Shown here piece by piece: positions 1 to 14,593 of a stretch of DNA of 64,000 bases. The notes beneath the pieces were generated by a model that did no database searches, was not told the origin of the DNA, and was given only the letters and a program-made list of their open reading frames with translations. Numbering within the stretch: position 1 is the first letter of the stretch; each line of letters begins with the position of its first letter. Location: IMG/VR virus record IMGVR_UViG_3300049043_000112, positions 62,001 through 126,000 of that record; one strand, written 5' to 3'. A program made the translations under genes and the position numbers.

Positions 1-168
1 TATCGGATTTGGAGGTGTAGAATTCCAATTAGCATCTCTTCCAAATCCAGATGTTGTTGGATTGGATAATCCAACAAAAACATAATATGAATTTGCAGAC
101 TTCTGAACTTCGTCTATAAAAGTAGACGCATTCAGTATTCTAAATTAATCTGTTACAAATGCAGACAT
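1..168 (-). CDS. gp8: Baseplate wedge subunit gp8-like, N-terminus only (runs off window; in-frame TAA at 145-147 is probably an error)
   Basis: Manual translation MSAFVTD*FRILNASTFIDEVQKSANSYYVFVGLSNP matches the cyanophage gp8 N-terminus (..TDQFRILNA..). It lies directly downstream of gp7 in the canonical gp25-6-7-8 order. Confidence 0.7.
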
Positions 169-200
169 CTGAATATTGTTTTTTCTATATTTATATCACG

Positions 201-3200
201 TTAAAGAATCTTTTTAATTGGTCCAATACTTCTCAATCCATATCCTCTTCTTTGAATTGTTGGAAAGGTTGATAATCCAACATCAACATTATATCCAGAA
301 ACTGCTATTGAAACTGGAGAAGATGAGCGAGTAAATCCATACATTTTACCCCAAGAGAACTTACCAACCGTTAATCCTGTTGTTGCAATACCCACAACCG
401 AAGAATTTGATCTAATATTGCAAGTTATAATTCCTAGAGAAGTATTAAATGCACTAATCTGATATACATTATCCAAGAATGTAGTTCCAACACCAACAAT
501 ACTAGAATCATGATTGACAATTGATGTTACTCCACTTCCTACGCAAGTATTGTAAATGTAAATTGGATATCCAACTGCCCAGTCAGTAAACGGTGCCAAT
601 GCAGGATTTAAGGTAAACTTAATTGCAAGGTTAGTACCAATTCCAGTTGCAGTTGCAATTCCAATAATATTTCCAAAAGATCCAGCAACTCCAGTGATAT
701 TTTTGATGTTTTCATAAATTGGATTTGAGAGAGGAACAATAACTTCAGGCACATTTGAAGTAGTATATCCAAATCCTGGATTGATTATTGTAACTGAAGA
801 AGTGAGAGATCCATTGACGACTGCAATTGTTGCAGTTGCTGTTGTACCCAATCCAACTCCAACAGAAGGTGGTGCAGAAATTTTAACTTCGACAGAAGAC
901 CCAGTATATCCACCACCAACTTGATTAATTGTTAAAGTTTGAATAGTTCCTGCTACAGAAACGGTTGCCGTAACTGCTGCGGAGACAGGATCTAATGAAC
1001 CAGATACTATTAAACCATCAAAATCAGTTGGTGCATCATAACTAAAGAATTTAATATTGTCTACAAAAATTTGATTAGTTGTTGAAGAAAAATCTGATAT
1101 TATCTTTGCGGTTGGATATATTTGAGATTCTACAGAATCTCTTGCTTTTGATACTGTGTTTCCATCAATAACTTTATCAACTTTTTGTTTTATCCAACTT
1201 AAATTAAGTTGTCTATCAGGTTGTGAATTAATTCCTTGGAAGAAATAATTATTAGTTTGAATTTTATCGGCAGATGGGATATCAAAAATATTTCTAATCT
1301 CCTGAGTGGTTGTAATTCCAAGATAATTATTGTTACTAAATGCTTGTACAGAATCTCCAATTTTAAGAGTTTCTGAAACATTTACTTGAGTACTATCATT
1401 ACCACTTCCTCTGTAGAAGAAGATTGCAATGTTGTCCTCTGTTTTAGGTGGTTGAGTAAAAGTAAACGATGTACCACCATTAAATTGATATGCAACGCCT
1501 GGTTGTTGAAGAACACCATTAATAAAAATAATTAATAGTGTATTAAAGTCAATCAGTTGAGAATCAGGATCAGAATTATTTTTTTCAAAACTTAACAACT
1601 GAGAATTATAATATAGAGGGAATCTAGTTCTAGATCCATTTTGATAAGTCTTTACACTATCAATATAATCCATTTGCCCAAATTGCCAGGCGGAGAAGGA
1701 ATCTGTAAATGTACTAAGAATAGTTAATTGGAATTCTGATACTGGTTGAGAAAGACCATAAGCAGTAACAAGACCAACTGCTCTAACCACGTCTCCAGGT
1801 TTAAATCCATATCCATTTCTTACAACTTTAAATCCAGTAACTTCAAATAATGTAGATCCAATACCAGTAGTTGAACTTGCTCCAACATCTACATTTAATA
1901 GTAAACCTACTCCAGCATCAGTAGTTGAACCAATACTTAGTCTTGAGACACCTGTGATTGGTAAATTACTATAATTTGGTGGTGATATGGTTATAGTTGG
2001 ATTTGTATATGCAGTTCCAGCGTTAACAACGTTAAATGAAAGGGTCCCGCCAGCCCCAACATTTGCTGTTATTGTTGCTGCTGTTCCAATGTGTCCAGTC
2101 TCTGATATAGAAATTATCACTGGTAATCTATATCCAGATCCCCAACTTCCAGTTGTTCCAATACCAATGGAAACAATTGTTCCACCAGCACCAACAATTG
2201 CTGTTACTGATGCGCCAACTAAAGGAGCATATCCAAGACCTGGAGTTGAACCAAGAGAAACAATTAGTCCCCCTCTTGGCAATTGATTGACATTTACATC
2301 GTCTATAGACACATATGTTGATCCATTTGAAGACGTAATTCCTGAGAATACAATACTACTAATTCCTAAAGTAGTATTTTCTATAATAGAAAAATTGTTA
2401 TTGGAATTGTTTTCTGTTGTAGGAGTTTGGAATATTCCATTTATGAATACAATGCCATTTCCACCGGTGCTTCCCAAACCAACAGTGTTAATACCATTTA
2501 CTGTTAATGTATAGGTCTGACCAATACCAGTAAATCTTTCCGAAACATTATCATAAACTTGATTAGTTGTATAATCTTTTCTTAAAAATACTCTACCATT
2601 GAATGAAGAGGTTGGTCTGGAAGACCAAAAGTGCTAGAATAGTATGAAGATGTTGTAATTCCCCTTGGTGGATCAGTGAAGTAAATTTTATTATTTACAA
2701 TATTAAAAGTACCTCTGTAAAGAGAAACTGAACTGTAGTTTGAGTGTGTTGTTGAAGACGATCCAACAAATCCTCTTTGAACATTGACTAAAGGAAATGT
2801 TCCAGCAAATGAAATCGGACCAGAGTATGATGTTCCAAATCCAACAGTAATTACCTTCATATATTCATTATCAATTTTTAAAATATCTCCGAGTACAATT
2901 GAAGATATTCCACTTAATCCAAAAATAGTAGACGCAGTTCCTATTTGACCACCAGTATTAACTGTGTAATTAAGTAACGAATATGCTATTGGCGATTGAA
3001 CAATATTATTAATTGAGATTATAGATTTATCATTCTTTTTGGACATTTCGAATTGATGAGAATTTCCTGCTCCCACTGTTGTAAACGTTACAGCAATTGC
3101 TGGATTTGCTAATGCATATTCTCTACGTGTTGCAATTTTAAAATTATCGTTATCAATTTTAATTGCATATACTGTAGATGGTAATTTGTCTGTTACAACT

Positions 3201-6200
3201 CCAACGTTATTCAACGTTGATCCTATACCAACAGAAGTTGAAGCAAATCCAGGTGTTGTTGAACCTGGAGTATAAATCAATTCTTCTCCAGTACTAAAGA
3301 AGTGACTTAAAATACTAAACTGACCAGTTGATGGATTAACTACAGCAGAATCTGCAGGATCAAATACTTTTCTAAAAATAGGAGTTCCTTGGTAATTTAA
3401 ATCAAAAACAGTTTGAGTTTCTGTAAATTGAGAACTAATGTCGTCAATATTAAGAACTCTATTTGTTCTACATTCAATATAATCTGCTAATCTTCTATTT
3501 TTTAGTTTTAAAAATCTTGAACTGTTTCCGTCAGTATCAACATCGATAACTAAATCAAAATTATTAATAGTATCAACTCTATTTTCATCTATAAAATTAT
3601 ATACAAAATCTGCATATTGATTGGATGTAATTCCAATTCCAGCATTTTTGACTATTTGAGTGTCCGAAAAATTCTTAAGACCACTTGTATGTAAAAGACT
3701 ATTAACTGGGCTTACAATATCCACCCATTCTTGATTACTCTTTACAGAATAAGCCAGATTTTGATAATAGTCATTATCAGCAATTACTTGAATATCTTCA
3801 TCAAGTTTTCCAATATCATCAGACCAACCAATATCTTGTGTTGCGGAATAGTTTACTTCAAATTGACCTAAAGATTCTTTTGTCTCACTGATTGTTGCAA
3901 TTGTTCCAGATTGTACTCCTCTAACAGTTTGATTTGCCAATAATTCATAAGAACCAGAGACTTTGATATAATTTTTATTACTTTCTGTTATTTTAAGATC
4001 ACTATTTACATATCCAAGAGAGGTACTAACTTGTAGAGACTCGCCAAGAATAAAGTTTGAAAATTCTTGATTTACTGTAAATCTTGGATAATTTTTGTAA
4101 TTTACAATAGTTCCATAAATTCCAGTTGTTATCGTTTGTGCAATTCCTGGATTTACTGTCGATTTTAGTTCTCTTAAATCAAATGTTAATACTCTAGGTA
4201 ATTCTGTGCCAGAATTTGCATAATTAGAAACTGTAAAGAATTTATATCCATAATCTGCTGAGTTAAATCCATCTCCACTAGATCCATATTTCAAAATTCC
4301 CTCTACAAAAATTTTATCTCCAACAGCAAAAGGTTCTGTAACAAATCCAGTAAATGGAGTCACTAAGAAGCATGTAACAATACCAATTGCAGACGTTTGT
4401 ACGGTTTGAATACCAACACCGTTATCATTATTAACTGCAATAATTCTGGAGTCTAATTGAGGCAATCCTTTTGGATTTTGATCTATTTCAACTGATACAA
4501 TAGCGGTACCATTAATTGTTGGAGTCAGAAATCCAGAGTTAACTATACTTTCAGTAACTGAATTTACAACAATTAAATTAGGGGGAAACGTATAATTTCT
4601 TCCGCCAAAGGAAACGTCAATATCAACAATTTCATTTGAATCTTTAATAACTAAGAATTTAGAAATAGACGCTTCTGGTCTTAAAGTTTTATCAGAAGAA
4701 TATTCAAATCCTTCGTTTAAAATTCTAACTTTATTAATTTTGCCAATACTATTAGATTGTGGTATAATATAAGCACCACTTCCAGAAGTTGATCCTATTC
4801 CATCGAAAATTGGTAACTTATTAAAATTAAATCCTGGAGAAATAGTTCTAACTTTAGATATTCCTCCAAAAGATGAAGTAGAAGATGTAGTGTATTCTAA
4901 CAAATCACATTGTGTTTGTGAATAATTATAATTTTCTGGTGAAACTGGTAAAGAAACTTTAAAAGTAGTATCTGCAACACCAGAAATTTTATAAGTGTTA
5001 TTATAGTAACTATTAATGAAATTAATTTGACAATAATTTTGAACTTCTAAATCTGGAAGTTTTACTACTCCCGACTGCTCTAATCCATAAAACAGTGAAG
5101 ATGGTAATTCATCATCATAATTAATTGTCAATGAGGCATTCGTTGACACACCTACAGTACCAACACCTGTTATTGAAAACGTACTAGTTGTTCCAACAGA
5201 AATAAATTCATCTTTTAATGTTTGATCGTAAAATATTTTGAACTTATACCCAGAAAGAGAAGAATCTGAAAGATCAAAAACTACGTTATTATTTTTAATT
5301 ACATCTAGATTTGGATTGATGGGCAGTAGTTTGTGTGTAACTGCTGGTGCCGAATTAATATCAACAAATAAAGGTGGATTGGAAAAAGAATCAATAAGTG
5401 TTTGGCATAATTTAATTTTACTGTCATCTACTTTATAAACATAATAAATTCCTGTTGACAATCCAGAGACGACAGTTGGAGAATTGTAAATAACCTTAGT
5501 TCCAGTTTTAAAACCATGATTTGAAATGGTAATTTCATTAGAAACTGTATTAATTCCGCTTGATGTAAATTCAACAGGATTGATAATTAATTTATCTTCA
5601 CTAGAGTTGTATAAGACTTTGATTGATGTAGAAGTGCCAATTCCAACCGAAAGATTTGGTTTAGCAATTAGTTCAATTTCATCACCATTACTCATCTGAT
5701 GAGAAGTTGATATCGACACAACAGTTGTAACTCTTTGAACGTCACCTTTTATTTGTGAAAAATTAGATCTTATTGAATATTGATGGTCATCAGAACCATT
5801 AGAAATAAAGTATAGACCATTAGTAGAAGTTGTAAGACCAACTTGAGTTGTAATTCCAATGTAATCTACAGATTTTTTAATAATATAAACAGTTTGTTCG
5901 TTTCCACTAAAAGGTAAATCAAAAGGAGTAGAAGTAGATGTATTTGCCACAGAAATTGCAGAAGCAGTTCCTGGTTTTGTTAAAATTACTTCTTGATTAT
6001 TTTTAAACGGATGATTAGGTAAATATAAAGATTGTGTTGGTATATAAACTGAACTAATACGTGTCCCTATGATGTAGTTTACAGACACTCCAAGTCCGCT
6101 AGTTGTTCCAACACCAACTGATTTTTTGGGATTAAAATAAACTATATCGTTATCTTTAGATTCGAAATAATCTGTTTTTTTATTGATTATAAAGGAATCA

Positions 6201-9200
6201 GGACTAAAGTAAACTGTAGAAGTTGCCGTATGAATTCCTCCAGATGTATTTCTAGAAACTCTAAGAACATTTTCATATTCAAAAATATTCAATAAAGAAA
6301 ATGTTTCAGATCCAATACCTATACTACTTCCTATAGAAATATTATCTGGAATACTAGAGACATAAATGTCTGTTACTATTCCTGTTGAAGCATATGCAGG
6401 AACATCTCTACCTAACGTAGAAGTATATGAAGTAATTCCAATTTGATAAAATCCATTTATATCACTAAGATTTGTTGAAAATCCAGAAATACTTACATAA
6501 TCTAAATTTTCTAATTCATGTTTAGGAGAAACTTTTATTTTTATATTTTCACCATCTTGTCGTGTAAATAATACGTCATCATAAGATAATAAACTGGTTT
6601 CTAATTTTTGAATTTCTTGCCCTTTAACTCTTGAAACTTGAGCAACTAACCCTCCGCCACCACTGTTAGTTTCGTCAAAAATTAACGAATCACCTACTTT
6701 ATAATTGGTGCCTGCATCAACAATTTCATAAGATTCAATTTTACCCTTTGTGACAGATTCAACTACAGATAATTGATTAATAAATTCATTAGATTCTAAA
6801 AGAAAATCATTGTTTGCAAAAGTATCATTAACTTTATATGGGAAGGTATTTCTAATTAAAGTTGATTTATTAAAATCAAAAGTTTGATTTAATGTTTCAT
6901 TTTCTCTTATAAACTTGGATCTATATCTGTTTCCAATAAAGTATGGGAAACTTCCGACATTATTTCCATTTCCATCAACTATAGAGGTTGCAAAATAAGC
7001 ATAAACGCCATTTGGAAACTCTGGTGTTACACAAAATCTTCCGTTATATTCATCCAAATCGCCAGAGTTTGTAAATTTATAGTCTTCTATAAAAAATCCA
7101 GGTGAAAATCCAGAAGGACGATTGGAAATATAATTGGTATCTAGAGAGTAACCTGAAACAAGCCTTCTAATGACCGAGTTTCTATTTTTTGGATTTGAAT
7201 ATCCATATGAACCATAAATCGGATTTCCATCATATGCCCATCCAATAATTGGTGAGTGTGTCGCACCGGTGTCGTTAAAGGCACTCTGTACAAGACCAGA
7301 ATAACCAGAAATTGTATATTGTAAATTATTGTATGAAGAATAGATAACTTCGTTCGAAATCGTTGCATTATCGTTAATATCATCATATAAGAAGTTATTA
7401 TTCAGGGTAATCGATTTAACTTGTGGATCAAATATTACACCCTTTCCTGATGGTACAATAGAAATTCTGGTATCTAATGTAGAATAACCAGCACCAGGAT
7501 TAACAATAACAACATCTGAAATTCTATTATTAATGATTACTGGTTTTAAAATTGCACCTGTTCCAATTCCAATAACTTTTAAATCAGGTGTTGAATAATA
7601 TTCAAGACCTCCATACTGAATTGAAACATCTTTTATTTGTCCGTTAACAACAACTGGAGTAAGTTGGGCATATTTTCCAGATTTAATACTAATTGTTGGT
7701 TTATTATGATAATCTAAAATATTAGATCCATAGTCTGATCCAGTTTCATAAACATAAGCATCTATAATTTTTCCTCTTACAATTGGAGTTGCAACTATAG
7801 ATCCTCTAGATTGGGTACTACCCAAACCAACAGCACTGTATTCTACATTTAAAGATATATTTGGATAATTGAAAATATGATATCCTGTTCCAGTTGATCC
7901 CAAACTTACATAATTTTTTCTTGTATAATTTGAAGTTATTGTTGCTCCAACTCCAGCATCAGCAAGTCTAAAAGTATCATTATCAACTTTAAGAACGTAA
8001 TACTGATTTGTTGTTGATAACCCAGAAATTGGAGTTGAAACTGTTGTTGAAATTCCAGTATTTGAATATACAATAATTTCACCATCTTTAAATCCATGAT
8101 TTACAAAAGAAATAGAATCATTTATTGTAGAAATTCCTGTTGACTTAACTCTTAACTTTCTGTTTGTATAACCACTTCCACCATTAATAATTTTAATTTG
8201 AGTTAAAGTATTTTTTGGTTCTGTTAAGAACTTTTGAATTCCCGCTGTTCCAATTGTAGTAAATCCTACAGTATTAATACCAGAATTATAATCTGACAGC
8301 GATTGATATAGTTGAATGGTTCTATCATTTACATATTTTGCATAATAAGTTGATCCATTTTTTAGAGTTTCTCCACTATCAAAATTTAGACCTTGGAAAG
8401 TCGCAATTCCAATTGATGGATTATTTCCTGGACTGTAAATAATTGGTTGACCGTTTATAAGATTATGATCTGATACAAATGTAATAGTTTCAAAGGTTGT
8501 GTCTATTCCACCACCATCTATAAGTTCTCTTGCATCAAATTCAATTTCTCTACTTCTCTTTTCTATAACTGGTTCAAATGTTGCACCAGATCCATTACCC
8601 CCAGTTAAAGTAACAGAAACAATTACATCAATATCAAAATTTTGAGGATCAATATAAATTGTTTCTAAAGACCCACTTATAACTGGTTGAATGGAAGCAT
8701 TTCCAGAAGAAAACTCCAATAACGGATTATTAATTACATCATATCCACTTCCTCCGTTTAAAACATTTACCGATTCTAACGGACCATAATAAACTTTATT
8801 ATTTGTTTTATAGTTTAAAATTTCAACGCCATTCACCAACATTCCGACAGAACCTGGTTCAGTTAAATCAGATTTACCATCTCCCTTATTAAATGGAAGT
8901 GGAAATTTTCTTAATATTTTTTGTGGAGATAAGATTTTTTCTTTTTGTGTTCTAAGAACAAAATTATGAGTTCCTGCTGTTAATGTTCCTAAACTTATAT
9001 AATTTGAAGATCCAATGACATATCTAGAATTATACAATCTAATTGAAGTTGCACCTGCACCAACTTCAACAAAATAAAAACCTTTAGACAATCCAGAAAT
9101 TGATGATTGTGATGGTTCATAATAAATTTCACTTCCTGTTAAAAATGAAACAGGAGTGCTAAATGCTACACTTGAATATAAACCAGTATCTTCATCAAGT

Positions 9201-10945
9201 CCTAATACTCCAGAGGCATTATATGAAAAAATAGATTTTGTTATCTGATATGAAGGCAACGAATTAGATGCCACATACATGTATTCATTATTTTGATTAT
9301 AAACATTTTGTACATCTGCTGTTGTTGGATTAAATTCCAACGGAACAATTGAAGAATTTGCATTTTTTAATTTTCTTCTTACATCATAATTAAAACTTTG
9401 GTTTAGGGTAAAAGAAGTGCTAGTTGTAACTTGTTTTCCTGTAATTTGAGTTACTAAAAGATTAGATGCAACAACAGTTTGCGAATCTCTATTTAAAATA
9501 TCAATATAATCCCCTATTTTAAGACTAGATTTATCAATATCACTTTTCAATACAATCTGAGAAATTGCACCTGAGGCAAAAGTATCAATTTCATATCTTG
9601 AACTCGTATTATAAATCCAACTATTTGCAAAGATTTCCTTATAAGATGGATTAGTAGATGGATTTTTAATTATTTCTCCTACACTTTTAACAGATATAAT
9701 TTCATCTGAATTAATTGGAGAATTTTGTTCTACAACATTATATTTTGATAAAACTCCAGTAAGTCTTAGTTCTACTTTTTTAGTTAAATCTCCATTTTCA
9801 TATCCATAATATATTTCATCTGACCTAACTACAGATCCTGGTGCGATTTGCGATTTAACTCCAGAACATCCAAAAAATTGATTTATACTTTTATTTGTAT
9901 AAGTAATTACATTACTTCCAGAGTAAATTGTTCCAGAAGAAGAAAATCCAATTGTGGAATCAACAGTAATAACAGAACTACCGATGCTAACTGTTTCTAC
10001 ATTTTTTGTATTTCCAGTAATATTAAAAGTTCCTGTAACTGTAGGAAATGCATCATCATATCCAATAAAAAGAAAGAGTTTATAGTATGTTTTTCCACTT
10101 CTTCTAATAATTTCAACTTCAGATATCGACGCAGTACTAGTTGAATCGTTATTTTTAAAAATTGTTTGTCCAGATAAATTAAGAGGATCACCAGAAATTG
10201 CTTCTGCAACAGCAACTTCTCTTCTAACATATGTTGCAGAAGAAGGTTTTAATAAAAATTGTTCCAGATCAATTACTTTTGGAGTTTCACCAAATAGAAC
10301 ATTGAAGAGAATTCTAAAAGATTCATCAGTTCCTTTTGATTCGTATAAAGTTCTTGCTTCTTTAATAAAATTCCCAACGTTTAAATCAGAAACAAAATTT
10401 AAATCTTCAAGTCCAGGCGCTAGAGTATATTTTAATTTTTTATATAATTCTTTTAAAAAGAGAGAACTTAAATTTTGAACAGTTGATAATCCAACATGAG
10501 ATGCTGCATTTGATGTTGAAAATACCAACTCCCCATAATTTAAATCTTTATGATAACTTGTAATACCAGAAAATCCACGAACACAACCAGTAAATGTAGT
10601 TGCAGAAGTTCCAGTATAAGTAATGATTTCATCATCAATTTTTAATAGACCGTATGATGAAGGAAATCCTTTTGTCGAAGTAACAGTAATAATTCCAGAA
10701 GACGCGGTAATATTAGTTGTTAATCCGGTAAATCCATTAACAACTTCTGGAGTTAAATTATCAAGCTTTAAATATTGATCAAGATTTTCTGAAATATCAG
10801 TAGGACCACCTTGATATTCTTGTGAAATATAATACTGCTTTAAAAAATCTAAAGTTTTAGGGCTTTCTTCCAAAATAAATTCTGGAAGTTGACTTTCAAG
10901 TACCTGCTGTACTTTTACTCTGGATTCAAAACCCGTCTTTATCAT
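201..10945 (-). CDS. gp7: Very large baseplate wedge/virion structural protein, gp7-like (~3580 aa), split by a 1-nt frameshift near 2617
   Basis: The 2787-aa and 758-aa ORFs join if one A is restored (LP-RPTSSFNGRVFLRKDY..). The N-terminus (QLPEF..FLKQYY..DQYLKLD) and repeated GxGY beta-rich modules are typical of cyanomyovirus gp7. It sits between gp6 and gp8. Confidence 0.8.
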
Positions 10946-10946
10946 T

Positions 10947-12895
10947 TTATGACCTCTTTAATTCCCCGTTAGAATAACTTGATCTATAGTAACTATTACT
11001 GGAAAATAGTGTTCCGGAAACATCGTCGCCAGAGGCAATAACGTCTTTAATCATATTTATTTTGCTTTTTGAAATACTAAAAGACAGATAAAAGATCTTT
11101 TAGTCCAATAATATCATTTGACTCTGGAAAAGCCTGTATTTCAATAATATCTTGACTTAAAGAAGTTTCTGTAATTGTAATTCCATTCAGTAAAATTTCA
11201 CCAGAGGAATAATCTACAGTTCCTGCAGATTTAACCATGACCAAAGTACTAAATGTCGATGTTGTTCCTACACCAGCAACCACCGATGTTTCTTTTACAA
11301 TTGATATTGTTCCTTTTCCACTACCATCTAGATTACCTTTTGAATCCTTGTTAGGAGTATCTGTTAAATAAACTGTTGCTGTTTCTCCAGGTATTTTAAA
11401 TCCTGTAGATTTAATATTTTTCCCCTCAGGATTTATATGAAACTTATTTCCGAAACAAATTTCATATTGAGTTGGAGCATTAATCAATGCTTTTAAATCT
11501 CTTCTAAGTCTTATTTTTGTAATATTAGAAGTAATTGCAGCATCAGTATTATCAATAACCTGTAAAACTTTACTATATTTAAATCTTCCACCAAAAACAT
11601 TTAGATCTGATGATTCCGAATATTTTGTTAAAGAATAAATTACCTTTGTTTTAAGATCTTCAACACTTCCAACCTGAGAGTAATTGTAGTAAATTGAAGA
11701 ATCAATTTCAACATATAGGATTTTAAGATCTATAATTTCTGGATTAATTCCTGCAACAGTATATTGCTTTAATTTATTTTTGATTTGCTGCTTATCAAAA
11801 TCAGAAACATATGTTCCATTTTTTGGTTTAATGCTAATCAAAACTTTACCATACTGTGGTGGACTTAATTCTTCACCACCGACTATAGATATTGATTCCG
11901 CATTTTCATAGATTTTAGATTTAATTAAAGATTCATAGTCTCTAGGAGTTACAGCACGATACTGTGAAGCATAAAGTCTAGGTGCATATGATTTAACTGA
12001 CTGAATACTTTCAATATCAAATCCATTTTGAGAAGATTGGACTGTTGTGATTGTAATTGTATTGCTTACGACTTCAACAGCATCATTTTCATTTTTAAAA
12101 GTTCCAGCAAAACTAAATGAATTTACACCATTTCCACTTTTACCATCAGTTGTAATGTATGTTATTGTAATAATTGAATTATTTTCAAGTTTTTTCCCAA
12201 ATCTACCATCACCAAAAAGAATTTCATATTTTTCATCTTTAACTTCTTGAATTAGATAAGTTTCGGAAGTTGATTTAACTTCAAAAATATTATCTACAAG
12301 AGTATATAAATTTCCAAGTCCTGTGCTGCTTGGCGATTTTACATAAACACGAATTGTAGTTGTATCAATAAAAGAATTGTCTAATATAAATCTCTGATCT
12401 AATGAACCATTTACAACAAATTGCTTTTTAAGAAACGTTCCTTCTCTAACAGTAACATTGTTAAACGTTGCTGTTCCATTGACTACACTTGCTGTAACGT
12501 TATCAGGGATTGAAAAGACATATGATGAACCACTTGCTGAACCAGTACACACCAAACCTGCTTGTAACGTCAATGTTGAAGTTGAACTTGTTGGTTGTGC
12601 TGTAAAAGAAACAACAGCACTTGAAGATGTCCTAGATTTGGGGACATACCCAATATTTCTCAGCTAAAGAAACAACATTTTCTCTTACGGTTGCAGAGTC
12701 CAAAAAGGACTCGTTGACAACCATATTTGAGTTAAATGCTGTAATATAAGTATTATACGCTAACGTATCAATTAAGACAGAAAAATTAAATCCTTCAAAG
12801 TCAAAATCCGTGAAATCTGAATTTGCACGGAGATAATCCTTGATGGATGTTTTAATCTGATCAAAATCTAAATTAGTAAACTTTGTAAAAGGCAT
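10947..12895 (-). CDS. gp6: Baseplate wedge subunit gp6 (two apparent 1-nt insertions, near 12661 and 11091)
   Basis: The 87-aa ORF (LDFDQIK..LAYNTY..FLDSAT.RENVVSLA) continues as RNIGYVPKS into the 498-aa ORF (QYRAVTPRDY, YGKVLISIKP). The C-terminus continues as YLSFSISKSKINMIKDVIASG to TAA at 10947. Confidence 0.85.
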
Positions 12896-12896
12896 T

Positions 12897-13298
12897 TTAT
12901 CTTGCTGCCTCTAGTATGAATGAAAATTGTTGTGTTGGAATTTCTTGCCCTATAATATCGAAAGTAATTGTAACTTCAAATTCATTTGTATCTGGACTTG
13001 GATTTACCTGTACCAATACATTTTGTACTCTTGGTTCAAAGTTCTGAATTGTTAGACGAATTTGATCTTGGATAACTGAAGCAGTTCCAAAATCAACAAA
13101 ATCAAATAAACTTGATCGAACATTAGAACCAAGAGATGGATTAAAAAATCTTTCTGTAGGAATAGTTTGAACTAAATTTCGAATCGAACGAATAATAGCG
13201 TTCTGATTCTTCAAAATAGGTAAATCATTAGTAACAGGATGAGGATCGAAAGACAAACTAATGTCTTTAAATGCTCTAGATACCCTACTGATTGCCAT
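12897..13298 (-). CDS. gp25: Baseplate wedge subunit gp25
   Basis: FKDISLSF..AIIRSIRNLVQT..ERFFNP.LGS..IQNFEPRV motifs; directly upstream of gp6. Confidence 0.92.
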   Translation of the reverse strand: MAISRVSRAFKDISLSFDPHPVTNDLPILKNQNAIIRSIRNLVQTIPTERFFNPSLGSNVRSSLFDFVDFGTASVIQDQIRLTIQNFEPRVQNVLVQVNPSPDTNEFEVTITFDIIGQEIPTQQFSFILEAAR

Positions 13299-13319
13299 TA
13301 GGACATAGAATTTCTTCTT

Positions 13320-13326
13320 TATTTAT
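13320..13326 (-). promoter_or_regulatory. T4-type late promoter (ATAAATA) upstream of gp25
   Basis: The minus strand reads GGGATAAATAAAG, about 20 nt before the gp25 start. Confidence 0.65.
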
Positions 13327-13328
13327 CC

Positions 13329-13570
13329 CTATTTCCAAGAAGATCCGTAGATTGGTTCAGTTCCATAGTCCCAATCATTATAGTCTTCATCATTTCTAAT
13401 TTTTTCATGCAACTCGACTTGTTTTTTGAAGTCATGTTTTGGTGCAGTATCATGCATCACTTCTTGAATGACTCTTTTTGAGGGACATCACCATAATCTG
13501 TGATTAATCGATCTGTTCCCCACATATCATACATATAATCTTTGTCTCTATCGACTGGTAAATTCGACAT
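13329..13570 (-). CDS. Small conserved hypothetical protein (frameshifted in an A-run near 13475)
   Basis: Manual translation gives MSNLPVDRDKDYMYDMWGTD..VPQ/KRVIQEVMHD..DWDYGTEPIYGSSWK once one A is restored. Confidence 0.55.
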
Positions 13571-13637
13571 GTTAGCTCCTGTTTTAACAAATAAAACAGA
13601 ACTTTTATAAAGGAGGTTGCTATCTCCTTATTTCTAT

Positions 13638-13979
13638 TTAACGGTCGAGTTCTCTCAGTGAATATTGATCAGAATCCAAGTATTTAAGTATTTCTAAAGC
13701 AATCAAACGTGGATTTCCTTCACCACACGTGTACACATCCACTGCCAGACAACCATTTTCTGGCCAAGTATGGCAAGAAACATGACTTTCTGCCAGTGCA
13801 ATTACCACTGTACACCCTTGTGGAAGGAAACAATGTGAAAATACGTTCAAAACGGTCATCTCTGCCCGTTCAATGCCCTTTAACATGACATTTTGAAGCG
13901 ATTCTACGTCATTAATCGCTTCAAAATTTACATCATACACCTCTAGCAGCAGGTGCTTACCCATTGAAATCTGTTTCAA
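13638..13979 (-). CDS. speD: S-adenosylmethionine decarboxylase proenzyme
   Basis: MGKHLLLEVY and LAESHVSCHTWPE (E|S autocleavage site), DVYTCG; ATAAATA late promoter at 14000-14006. Confidence 0.93.
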   Translation of the reverse strand: MKQISMGKHLLLEVYDVNFEAINDVESLQNVMLKGIERAEMTVLNVFSHCFLPQGCTVVIALAESHVSCHTWPENGCLAVDVYTCGEGNPRLIALEILKYLDSDQYSLRELDR

Positions 13980-14002
13980 TTCAATTTTTACTAAAAATCT
14001 AT

Positions 14003-14593
14003 TTATTTCACGTAAAAACCCTTGCGTAAGTAGTCAGAGTCTTGAATAAATCGCATATTTTCTACCGTTTCATCGTCCCAGATTGGTATTGCGACCGAAT
14101 TATTATACCTAAAGTCAGGATTACGCCGAAAGTGTACTTCAATCAAACTTTCACCAATAAATTCACAGTTAATCCAGTCATATTCACCCTTTAAGTTCTT
14201 TAAAATTTTAGGAAAATTAACTTTTCGATCAATTTTTTCCCATTTCTGCCACTTATAATAAGGTTCTTTTACATCACGAGTGCCTAATACAATCAATTCC
14301 GCCTTCTGTTGATAAAAATCTACACTTAAGTGTTCACCTTCAAAAATTTCACACCAAAATTCTCCAGGATGAAACATATCAGTATATTTTTCAATCCATT
14401 CTTGACGAGCAAATCGCCCCATACCCAATAAATTCATCATCGGGCGTACAATATAAAAGTCGGGTTTAGGAACTGTCGTCCCAACAGGACCACAAGTATA
14501 ACCTAAAACCCGACTTAGAGATAACTTATTATAAACCCAAAGGTCGTCAGAATGAATATGATTCCACTCATCATTACCTTCAAGTAAATACAT
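14003..14593 (-). CDS. Conserved cyanophage hypothetical protein (possibly ATP-grasp-like)
   Basis: 196-aa ORF with YIVRP.MNL.GMG, WCE.FEGEHLSVD and EFIG..LIEVHFR segments. Confidence 0.6.
   Translation of the reverse strand: MYLLEGNDEWNHIHSDDLWVYNKLSLSRVLGYTCGPVGTTVPKPDFYIVRPMMNLLGMGRFARQEWIEKYTDMFHPGEFWCEIFEGEHLSVDFYQQKAELIVLGTRDVKEPYYKWQKWEKIDRKVNFPKILKNLKGEYDWINCEFIGESLIEVHFRRNPDFRYNNSVAIPIWDDETVENMRFIQDSDYLRKGFYVK

Noticed and set aside
2582-2640. Programmed ribosomal frameshift in gp7 (small GGTC/GACC hairpin at the site)
   Set aside because: There is no slippery heptamer, and equivalent 1-nt breaks are scattered through many genes, so error is the simpler explanation.
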